A stretch of 38,756 bases of DNA, taken from NCBI GenBank assembly GCA_036833775.1, contig DAITPE010000001.1:1-38756 (forward strand). The letters are read 5' to 3'. The notes under the pieces are model-generated. The model made no database searches. It was not told the origin of the DNA and was given only the letters and a program-made list of their open reading frames with translations. Below, one piece after another: positions 25,362 to 33,038 of this stretch (its first letter is position 1; each line of letters begins with the position of its first letter). The DNA is from Pyrinomonadaceae bacterium. GTDB lineage: Bacteria > Acidobacteriota > Blastocatellia > Pyrinomonadales > Pyrinomonadaceae. The position numbers were made by a program, and so were the translations under genes.

Positions 25362-26090
25362 TCAAGATTTTGCGATAGTTTTCGGATTTTTTCTGAAAGT
25401 ATCCATAATCGCCAAAACTCCGTAATACGCCAAACAAGCGTTTGCCATCCATTTCAGCCAACTCGGCGTAGTTGGATAAAACCAAACGATGAGCGGCAGA
25501 ATTATCAAAAAAATCGCCGTAACTGTAAGAGTTGCAAATTTTAACTGCGTTGCCCGCGAAGGATACACAAATTTGATCGGAACAAAATGCAGGATCGCAA
25601 AAAATACGATGACCGCCGCATTGCCCAATTCATTCAACGAAAAAACAAAGATGAGATAAAAAACTACGACATTCCACATCACCGGAAACCCGACGAAATA
25701 AAAATCATCGGAAACCATTCCGTCATTACCGTAATAGATCGCGGAAACCATTAAAATTAAAAAACTTAATGGCAGCGACCAATTTTCCGACACGAGATCG
25801 GATTGATAAAAAAAATACGCGGGAATGATCGCGTAATTGGCAAAATCGATCACGTAATCGATAGTTTTCCCATCAAAATTCGGTAAAACTTCTTTGACTT
25901 TGAATTTTCGGGCAAGAGTTCCGTCAAAACCGTCGATCGCCAATGCGACCAACAGCCAAGCCATTGCAGCACGCCAATTTTTTCCGCTCACAGCCAGAAT
26001 TGCCATAAAACCCGCCAACAATCCCGAAGCCGTAAAAAAATGCGTGAACCAAGCAAAGATTTTGCTTGAAATGTTGTAGCTTTGATTCAT
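25362..26090 (-). CDS. pcs: Phosphatidylcholine synthase (CDP-alcohol phosphatidyltransferase family)
   Basis: Close to rhizobial Pcs as I recall it: HFFTASG, DGFDGTLARKFKVKEVLPNFDGKTIDYVIDF.NY, AIYYGNDGMVSDDFYFVGFPVMWNVVVF, FVPIKFVYP. Start placed at MNQSYN; an in-frame ATG at 26117 is an alternative. Confidence 0.85.
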   Translation of the reverse strand: MNQSYNISSKIFAWFTHFFTASGLLAGFMAILAVSGKNWRAAMAWLLVALAIDGFDGTLARKFKVKEVLPNFDGKTIDYVIDFANYAIIPAYFFYQSDLVSENWSLPLSFLILMVSAIYYGNDGMVSDDFYFVGFPVMWNVVVFYLIFVFSLNELGNAAVIVFFAILHFVPIKFVYPSRATQLKFATLTVTAIFLIILPLIVWFYPTTPSWLKWMANACLAYYGVLAIMDTFRKNPKTIAKS

Positions 26091-26369
26091 CGTCAGAAAA
26101 CACGAAAACACGCACATAGTTGAGTTTTTCTCGGTGCGTGTTTTGCATTATCTCACAATTTTTTTTTGCAGAGTATCATTAAAAATTGTGTCGTCGATTT
26201 TGATTTCGTCTTGAATTCATCTTTTTCGTAAAACGTATTCATTACACGAATCTTATCCGAATTTGCGACCGATTTCCGCCATCAACTGCCGATGTCATTC
26301 GACGATAAATATTTGCGTTAACGCAGGTTTTGCGTAATTGCAGACGATTCAATTTATCAAACCGCGTCT

Positions 26370-26402
26370 AATCTTGACATAAAAATAATGATTTGCGATT
26401 CT
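26370..26402 (+). promoter_or_regulatory. Putative sufB promoter (TTGACA-17-GATTCT, TGc extended -10) carrying the shared 27-nt motif
   Basis: AATCTTGACATAAAAATAATGATTTGC (26370-26396) is 24/27 identical to 24668-24694. Weaker similarity continues for about 25 nt downstream. Confidence 0.5.
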
Positions 26403-26525
26403 TAACTTAGTAAATTTATTGGAAATGCTTGATAAAAAGGAAAATATCGGCACGAAAAAAGACTGCTGCAAGATTGAATTGCAAAGCAAAATTCGCATCC
26501 AATAGGCAACATTCAGGAAATAAAT

Positions 26526-27971
26526 ATGTCATCGCAAGCAACTTTAGAACATCTTGCAAACCGCGAATATAAATACGGTTTTGTCACGGATATTGAAACG
26601 GAAACCATTCCGAAAGGTTTGACGGAAGATACGGTTCGGCTGATCAGCGAAAAGAAAAACGAGCCGGAATGGATGCTCGAATTTCGTCTGAAAGCATTTC
26701 GCCGCTGGCTGGAAATGAAACAACCCGATAATTGGGCAAATTTCGATTATCCAAATGTCGATTTTCAAAATATCACATATTACGCCGCGCCGAAACAAAA
26801 AGCGAAAAAGCAAAGTTTGGACGAAGTTGACCCCGAATTGATCAAAACTTTTGAAAAGCTCGGCATTCCTTTATCCGAACAAAAGATGCTTGCAAACGTC
26901 GCGGTCGATGCGGTTTTCGATTCGGTTTCGGTCGCCACGACATACAAAGAAAAACTCAAAAAAGCGGGTGTAATTTTTATGCCGTTTTCTGAAGCTTTGA
27001 TCGAACATCCCGATCTGATCAAAAAATATCTCGGCTCGGTCGTTCCCGTGAGTGATAATTTCTACGCCGCTTTAAATTCAGCCGTTTTCTCTGACGGTTC
27101 ATTCGTTTTCATCCCGAAAGGCGTTCGTTGCCCGATGGAGCTTTCGACATATTTCCGCATCAATACGCAAGAATCGGGACAGTTTGAACGCACGTTAATT
27201 GTTGCCGAAGAAGGTGCTTACGTTGCATATAATGAAGGCTGCACCGCGCCGCAGTTTGATACGAATCAGCTTCACGCGGCGGTCGTCGAACTCGTCGCGT
27301 TGGACGATGCGGAAATTAAATATTCGACCGTTCAGAATTGGTACGCGGGCGACGAATCGGGCAAAGGCGGAATTTATAATTTCGTGACCAAACGCGGCGC
27401 GTGTCGCGGAAAAAATTCAAAAATCTCTTGGACGCAGGTTGAAACCGGAAGCGCGATTACTTGGAAATATCCGTCCGTTATTCTTCAAGGCGACAATTCG
27501 ATCGGCGAATTTTATTCGGTCGCGCTGACGAACAACGCACAGATCGCCGACACGGGAACGAAGATGATTCACATCGGCAAAAATACGAAATCGACCATCG
27601 TTTCAAAAGGAATTTCTGCCGGAAAATCAAATAATTCGTATCGCGGACTTGTAAAAGTGATGCCGAAAGCCGAAGGCGCGAGAAATTATACGCAATGCGA
27701 TTCGATGCTCATTGGCGGCAAATGTGAAGCGAACACTTTTCCGTATATCGAAGTGATGAACAATTCGGCGCGTGTCGAACACGAAGCGACGACTTCCAAA
27801 ATCAGCGAAGAACAATTGTTTTATCTCCAACAGCGCGGCATCTCGCAGGAAGACGCAGTTTCATTAATAATCAACGGTTTTTGCAAAGAAGTTTTCCGCG
27901 AACTCCCGATGGAATACGCCGTCGAAGCGCAAAAACTTCTCGGACTGAAACTGGAAGGAAGCGTCGGTTAA
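26526..27971 (+). CDS. sufB: Fe-S cluster assembly scaffold protein SufB
   Basis: 481 aa with canonical SufB blocks throughout ([63 protein letters not shown]). Confidence 0.95.
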   Translation: MSSQATLEHLANREYKYGFVTDIETETIPKGLTEDTVRLISEKKNEPEWMLEFRLKAFRRWLEMKQPDNWANFDYPNVDFQNITYYAAPKQKAKKQSLDEVDPELIKTFEKLGIPLSEQKMLANVAVDAVFDSVSVATTYKEKLKKAGVIFMPFSEALIEHPDLIKKYLGSVVPVSDNFYAALNSAVFSDGSFVFIPKGVRCPMELSTYFRINTQESGQFERTLIVAEEGAYVAYNEGCTAPQFDTNQLHAAVVELVALDDAEIKYSTVQNWYAGDESGKGGIYNFVTKRGACRGKNSKISWTQVETGSAITWKYPSVILQGDNSIGEFYSVALTNNAQIADTGTKMIHIGKNTKSTIVSKGISAGKSNNSYRGLVKVMPKAEGARNYTQCDSMLIGGKCEANTFPYIEVMNNSARVEHEATTSKISEEQLFYLQQRGISQEDAVSLIINGFCKEVFRELPMEYAVEAQKLLGLKLEGSVG

Positions 27972-27975
27972 AAAT

Positions 27976-28494
27976 ATGTATTGTCCGAATTGCGGAGCTA
28001 AGAATAACAAAAAGCAGAATTTCTGCCGTTATTGCGGCTTGCATTTGCAAAACATTGAAAAAGTATTTTCTAATCAGCTCGTTTTCGGAACGGAAACGAA
28101 ACGGCTGAAAAGTTTGAGGCAAATCAGACAAATAACCGATTACGTGCAGTTTTTTACGTTTTTTACGCTCGCTTTGGGATTGATATTTTTGTTTTATGAT
28201 TCGTCATTCGGAAAAATGCTGATAACGGCGAGCTTGCTGGCATATTTTCTGGCAGAAACAGTGCGTCAGATTTACGGTTATTTCCAACGTCAGGATTCGG
28301 CGAAAAACAAAGAATCGGAAAATTTTAATACTTCTTCAAAAAACGAATTTGAAGCCAAAGAAACAAATAAACTTCTCGAAGAAAAACCCTTTGTTGCTGC
28401 TTCGAGCGTGACCGAAAATTCGACCGAATTACTGATCGAAAAGGTAAAAGTTAAAAATTCGGATTTGAATGTCGAAGAGACAAGACAATTGTGA
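27976..28494 (+). CDS. Zinc-ribbon membrane protein (N-terminal CxxC-x12-CxxC, two TM helices, polar tail)
   Basis: 172 aa. MYCPNCGAKNNKKQNFCRYCG is followed by two hydrophobic helices. It starts 4 nt after the sufB stop. Confidence 0.6.
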   Translation: MYCPNCGAKNNKKQNFCRYCGLHLQNIEKVFSNQLVFGTETKRLKSLRQIRQITDYVQFFTFFTLALGLIFLFYDSSFGKMLITASLLAYFLAETVRQIYGYFQRQDSAKNKESENFNTSSKNEFEAKETNKLLEEKPFVAASSVTENSTELLIEKVKVKNSDLNVEETRQL

Positions 28495-28495
28495 A

Positions 28496-28882
28496 ATGAA
28501 CAAAATCAAGTTGCCTAACACACCCGAACCGAAAGGTCATTATTCGCCAGCCGTAGAATTTAACGGCTTAATTTTTGTGTCGGGACAATTGCCGATGAAT
28601 CACGCGACGGGTGAAGTCGAAACGGGCGATATTGAAAAACAAACCGAGCTTGCTTTGCGAAATGTCGAGGCGATTTTGTCGGCGGCAAACAGCGATCTGA
28701 ATCACGTTTTGCAGATGACGATCTATGTTTCGGAAATGGAACTTTGGGACAAGGTGAACGAAGTTTACAAACGCATTTTGGGCGAACACAAACCGGCGCG
28801 AGCAATCGTTCCCGTGAAAGATTTGCATTTCGGAACGAAAATCGAAATTCAGGCAATCGCGGCGTTGAAAGAAGAAATTTGA
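28496..28882 (+). CDS. ridA: RidA/YjgF/L-PSP family reactive-intermediate deaminase
   Basis: Start set at MNKIKLPNT. Blocks YSPAV.....IFVSGQ.P and RA.V.V..L......EI.AIA. Confidence 0.9.
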   Translation: MNKIKLPNTPEPKGHYSPAVEFNGLIFVSGQLPMNHATGEVETGDIEKQTELALRNVEAILSAANSDLNHVLQMTIYVSEMELWDKVNEVYKRILGEHKPARAIVPVKDLHFGTKIEIQAIAALKEEI

Positions 28883-28946
28883 ACCGCAGATTTACGCGGA
28901 TAAAACCAAAAATAACATCTGTGTTTATCCGCGTAAATCTGCGGTT
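28882..28946. repeat. REP-like palindromic element, family 3b (23-bp perfect stem, 19-nt loop)
   Basis: AACCGCAGATTTACGCGGATAAA (28882-28904) is the exact reverse complement of TTTATCCGCGTAAATCTGCGGTT (28924-28946). It begins at the last base of the ridA stop codon. Confidence 0.9.
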
Positions 28947-28955
28947 AATAGTTTT

Positions 28956-29738
28956 ATGAAATTAGACATTTATCAGGTTGACGCATTCACGAGCGAAGTT
29001 TTCGGCGGAAATCCGGCGGCGATTTGTCCTTTGGAGGAATGGCTTGAAACAGATTTGATGCAGAAAATTGCGCTTGAAAATAATTTGAGCGAAACGGCAT
29101 TTTTTGTAAAAAAAGATGATGTTTACGAGATTCGCTGGTTTACGCCGACTTATGAGATCGATCTTTGCGGACACGCGACTTTGGCGAGTGCGTATGTGAT
29201 TTTTGAAATTTTGAAAACGGAAGAAAGTCTCGTGAAATTTCATTCGTACAAAAGCGGTGCACTCGAAGTCGAAAAACAAGGCGATCGTTTAACTCTCGAT
29301 TTCCCTTCGCGTCCCGTTTTAAAAACCGAACTTCCCGAAGGTTTAAGCGAAGCGATCGGAAAAGAACCGCAAGAAACTTACAAAGCGCGTGATTATTTTC
29401 TGGTTTATGAAACAGAACAAGACGTTTTAGAAATTCAGCCGAATTTCTCAAAACTATTGGAAGTCGGCGGACACGGTTTTATCGTTACGGCAAAAGGCGA
29501 AAATTCGGATTTCGTTTCACGCTTTTTTGCGCCCGAAGTCGGCGTTTTTGAAGACCCTGTGACGGGTTCGGCACATTGCAATCTGATCCCGTTTTGGGCG
29601 GAAAGATTGGGCAAAACAGAACTTTTTGCAAAACAAGTTTCTGCTCGCGGCGGTGAACTTTTTTGTAAACTCGAAGGCGACCGTGTGAAGATCGGCGGAA
29701 ATGCAGTTTTGTATTTGAAAGGTGAAATTTATGTCTAA
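28956..29738 (+). CDS. PhzF-family isomerase/epimerase-like protein
   Basis: 260 aa with QVDAFT...F.GNPAA.C, ETAF and CGHATLA motifs. Confidence 0.9.
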   Translation: MKLDIYQVDAFTSEVFGGNPAAICPLEEWLETDLMQKIALENNLSETAFFVKKDDVYEIRWFTPTYEIDLCGHATLASAYVIFEILKTEESLVKFHSYKSGALEVEKQGDRLTLDFPSRPVLKTELPEGLSEAIGKEPQETYKARDYFLVYETEQDVLEIQPNFSKLLEVGGHGFIVTAKGENSDFVSRFFAPEVGVFEDPVTGSAHCNLIPFWAERLGKTELFAKQVSARGGELFCKLEGDRVKIGGNAVLYLKGEIYV

Positions 29739-30351
29739 AACTGCGATTGTCATTTTCGATAAATTTACCGATCTCGACCTTTGGCTGATGTGGGATTTGC
29801 TGAATCGTGTCAAAGTCGAAAACTGGGAAGTAAAGATTTTAGGCGAAAAAGATTTTCACGTTTCGGCGACGAATATCGAAGTAAAAACTAACGGAAAAAT
29901 CGAAGAAGCAAACAATGCCGATGCCGTGCTTTTTATCAGCGGACAAGGAACGCGTGATCGAATCGCAGATGAAAATTGGCTTGGAAAGTTTGATTTGAAC
30001 CCCGAAAAGCAACTGATTGGTTCGATTTGTTCGGGAAGCTTGATCTTGGCAAAACTCGGACTTTTGCAAGGAAAAACGGCAACGACTTATCCGACATCGA
30101 AAGCGGTTTTGGAAAGTTTCGGCGTTGAAGTTGTCGAAAAACCTTTTGTCGCGCACGGAAATGTCGCTACGGCAGGCGGTTGTTTGGCGCAGCAATATTT
30201 AATTCACTGGGTGATCGAAAATCTGGCTGATAAAGATTGGGCGGATTTGGTCGTCAAAGCCGTTCAGCCCGTCGGCGAAGGTTTGTTTTTTGAAGACGCG
30301 GAAGAGTTGAAAAAACTTTACGCGCCAATGACGAGCGCAGTCACAAATTAA
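29731..30351 (+). CDS. DJ-1/PfpI-family protein
   Basis: About 206 aa with the nucleophile-elbow Cys in IGSICSGSLILAKLGLL.GK.ATT. The ATG overlaps the phzF-like 3' end by 8 nt. Confidence 0.85.
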   Translation: MSKTAIVIFDKFTDLDLWLMWDLLNRVKVENWEVKILGEKDFHVSATNIEVKTNGKIEEANNADAVLFISGQGTRDRIADENWLGKFDLNPEKQLIGSICSGSLILAKLGLLQGKTATTYPTSKAVLESFGVEVVEKPFVAHGNVATAGGCLAQQYLIHWVIENLADKDWADLVVKAVQPVGEGLFFEDAEELKKLYAPMTSAVTN

Positions 30352-30375
30352 AAAGTATCTCTGTTATTTGAAAAA

Positions 30376-31053
30376 ATGGTTCAATATTATCTAACTACAT
30401 TTTTTTTATTTCTAACTTTCGGAACTGTAATCTCTGCACAGACAACGACTTACGATACCGATTTTCAGATTTGGAACGATACGCAGTTTATAATTCCGCT
30501 TAATGAAAAGAAAGATTTGACCGCGACGATCTGGGTTTTCGGGCGTTTGGGAAATAATCTAAAAACCGCGACTGATGCGCGAATCGGCGGTTTGATAAAT
30601 AAAAAGGTCAACAAAAATCTGACGTTGAGCGCGGGTTATTTGTATCGCTACTCAAATACTACTTTTACGCAGAAAAGATATGAAAGCCGCTATCTCGGCA
30701 TCGCAACCGCGACGCTTCCGCTCGGCAAAAAGTTTACGCTCGTAAATCGGAATATGTATCAATACGAAGACCGATATTCGCGCCCGAATGCAAGCGTCGT
30801 GCGAAGCCGTTTTTGGTTGAAACGCGAAATTACAGTAGCGAAAAAGAAAATCGAACCGTTTGTTTCGTTTGAGCCATTTTACGATTTTCGGCTCAAAAAT
30901 TTTGCCAGATACCGAACTCAAGTTGGTTTTTCGCATAAATTAAACGCAAAATTTTCGGCTGATTACTATTACGTCCGCCAAGACGAAACCGGAAACGGAA
31001 CGCGTCCGGGAACTTTGAACGGAATCGGTTCGAGTTTTAGAGTTAATTTTTAA
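30376..31053 (+). CDS. Secreted beta-rich protein, probable outer-membrane beta-barrel (DUF2490-like)
   Basis: 225 aa with a signal peptide (FFLFLTFGTVISAQ). It has alternating-hydrophobicity strands, frequent aromatic-X-aromatic patterns and a C-terminal F. The DUF2490 call is from memory. Confidence 0.55.
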   Translation: MVQYYLTTFFLFLTFGTVISAQTTTYDTDFQIWNDTQFIIPLNEKKDLTATIWVFGRLGNNLKTATDARIGGLINKKVNKNLTLSAGYLYRYSNTTFTQKRYESRYLGIATATLPLGKKFTLVNRNMYQYEDRYSRPNASVVRSRFWLKREITVAKKKIEPFVSFEPFYDFRLKNFARYRTQVGFSHKLNAKFSADYYYVRQDETGNGTRPGTLNGIGSSFRVNF

Positions 31054-31070
31054 GGTTAGATTTAAAAATA

Positions 31071-31104
31071 GAGGCAAACAAGAATTTATTTTTCTGTTTG
31101 CCTC
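31071..31104 (+). terminator. Terminator-like hairpin downstream of the DUF2490-like gene
   Basis: GAGGCAAACA (31071-31080) pairs with TGTTTGCCTC (31095-31104). There is no clean U-tract after it, so the call is tentative. It is followed by a 155-nt gap before the next gene. Confidence 0.4.
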
Positions 31105-31259
31105 ATAAACTCGGCAGTTAAAAAACTTAAATCTTGATTTTTTTTTCAAGTTTTAATGAAATCGGTCTTTGAAACGAGATTTTAAGCTTTCTTTTTTGAT
31201 ATAATGCAAAGCAAACAAGCGATTTTCTTTGAAGATTTCGGATTGTTTATCGAATAAAA

Positions 31260-32030
31260 ATGCTCGCAGAGATCAAAAAGGAATTGGCGCGAATCGAAGA
31301 CGAAAGCGAGATTAAAATCCTACTCGCCGTCGAATCGGGCAGCCGCGCTTGGGGATTTGCTTCGGCAGACAGCGATTGGGATGTGCGCTATATTTACATC
31401 CATAAATTAGATTGGTATTTGAAAATCGACGAGCAAAAAGATTCGCTCGAAGAAATTTTGCCGAACGAGCTCGATCTTTCGGGTTGGGAATTAAAAAAAG
31501 CCTTAAAACTTTTCCGAAAATCGAATCCGCCGATGCTCGAATGGTTGCGAAGCCCGATAATTTACACGGAACAATTTTCGACTGCCGAAAAATTGCGTGA
31601 ATTCAGCCAAACGTATTTCAATCCGAAATCGTGTATGTATCATTATTTGAGTATGGCGAAAGGAAATTTCAAGGAATTTTTACAGCGCGATGCGGTTCGT
31701 CTGAAAAAATATTTCTACGTTTTGCGCCCTGTTTTGGCGTGCGATTGGATCAAGGAAACGAATTCGTTTCCGCCGATGGAATTTAAAAAACTGCTCGATT
31801 CGCAAGTAAAAGATGCAATAATTCGCTGCGAAATCGATGAATTATTGAAACGTAAGATCGCGGGCGACGAAATGAAGGAAGAACCGAAAATCGATATTTT
31901 GAATGAGTTTTTGGAAGAAAAGATAAATTTTTACAACGATTTTGTCGGCGAAATCGAAGCTAACGAAAAGCCGAACACAGAAATGCTCGACACGCTTTTC
32001 AAAGAAACGATTTTTGAGGTTTGGAAATAA
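31260..32030 (+). CDS. Pol-beta-superfamily nucleotidyltransferase, RlaP/PF10127-like
   Basis: 256 aa. ILLAVESGSRAWGFASADSDWDVRYIYIH is the characteristic GS-x-motif plus acidic-residue block of this family. Confidence 0.8.
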   Translation: MLAEIKKELARIEDESEIKILLAVESGSRAWGFASADSDWDVRYIYIHKLDWYLKIDEQKDSLEEILPNELDLSGWELKKALKLFRKSNPPMLEWLRSPIIYTEQFSTAEKLREFSQTYFNPKSCMYHYLSMAKGNFKEFLQRDAVRLKKYFYVLRPVLACDWIKETNSFPPMEFKKLLDSQVKDAIIRCEIDELLKRKIAGDEMKEEPKIDILNEFLEEKINFYNDFVGEIEANEKPNTEMLDTLFKETIFEVWK

Positions 32031-32240
32031 ATGAAAGACGGAATTTGTCCGAAATGTAAGTCGGAAGAAGTATATATTGATACTGCAAACAGGCACGGAA
32101 TTATCGTTCCGGTGCATAGTTTGGCAACTCGCCCAACGCATTTATACGTTTGTGTGGATTGCGGTTATCTCGAATTTTATGCACGGACGGGCTTTGATTT
32201 GCAAAAGGTAAAAGAAAAATTCAAAAAAGTTAAAAATTAA
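32031..32240 (+). CDS. 69-aa zinc-ribbon protein (CPKC...CVDCG)
   Basis: The ATG directly abuts the TAA of the nucleotidyltransferase gene (TAAATG). Two CxxC pairs are 46 residues apart. Confidence 0.55.
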   Translation: MKDGICPKCKSEEVYIDTANRHGIIVPVHSLATRPTHLYVCVDCGYLEFYARTGFDLQKVKEKFKKVKN

Positions 32241-32255
32241 GGAAATTTAATAAAA

Positions 32256-33008
32256 ATGTTATTAGAAATAAAAGATTTACACGCAGGAATCGAAGGAAAA
32301 GAGATTTTAAAAGGCTTGAATTTGACGGTCAATAAAGGCGAAGTTCACGCGATTATGGGACCGAACGGTTCGGGAAAATCTACTTTGTCGAAAGTTTTAG
32401 CCGGTCATCCAAGTTATGAAGTAATTTCGGGCGAAGTAGTTTACGAAGGCAAAAATCTGCTCGAACTCGAACCCGACGAACGCGCTCGGAGCGGCGTTTT
32501 TCTCGCGTTTCAATATCCGGTCGAAGTTCCGGGCGTTTCAAATTCGCAGTTTTTGCGGCTCGCTTACAATGAAAAAATGAAGCATTTGGGCGAAGAAGAA
32601 CTCGATCCGCTCGAATTCAACGATTATTTGACGGAAAAAGCGAAGATCGTCGAAATGGACAAATCGTTTTTCAAGCGTTCGGTCAACGAAGGCTTTTCGG
32701 GCGGTGAAAAGAAACGCAATGAAATTTTGCAAATGGCTGTTTTAGAACCGAAGCTCGCGATTCTTGACGAAACCGATTCAGGATTGGACATCGATGCTTT
32801 GCGAATCGTTGCCGAAGGCGTAAATAAATTGCGTTCATCAGAAAACGGAATAATTCTCGTCACACATTATCAACGGCTTTTGAATTACATTCAGCCTGAT
32901 TTTGTGCACGTTTTGGCAAACGGAAAAATCGTCAAAGAAGGCGGCAAAGAATTGGCTTTAGAATTAGAAGAAAAAGGCTACGATTGGGTAAAAGCGGCGA
33001 CTAAATAA
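32256..33008 (+). CDS. sufC: Fe-S cluster assembly ATPase SufC
   Basis: 250 aa. Walker [13 protein letters not shown] signature FSGGEKKR, Walker [13 protein letters not shown], plus the SufC-typical N-terminus LEIKDLHA. Confidence 0.95.
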   Translation: MLLEIKDLHAGIEGKEILKGLNLTVNKGEVHAIMGPNGSGKSTLSKVLAGHPSYEVISGEVVYEGKNLLELEPDERARSGVFLAFQYPVEVPGVSNSQFLRLAYNEKMKHLGEEELDPLEFNDYLTEKAKIVEMDKSFFKRSVNEGFSGGEKKRNEILQMAVLEPKLAILDETDSGLDIDALRIVAEGVNKLRSSENGIILVTHYQRLLNYIQPDFVHVLANGKIVKEGGKELALELEEKGYDWVKAATK

Positions 33009-33010
33009 GC

Positions 33011-33031
33011 GCGAATTTGAGGCAAATTCGC
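33011..33031 (+). other. Small hairpin between sufC and the following membrane-protein gene
   Basis: GCGAATTTG-agg-CAAATTCGC (9-bp stem, 3-nt loop), followed by an A-run rather than a U-run. It is therefore not a standard terminator on the + strand. Confidence 0.35.
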
Positions 33032-33038
33032 AAAAAAT

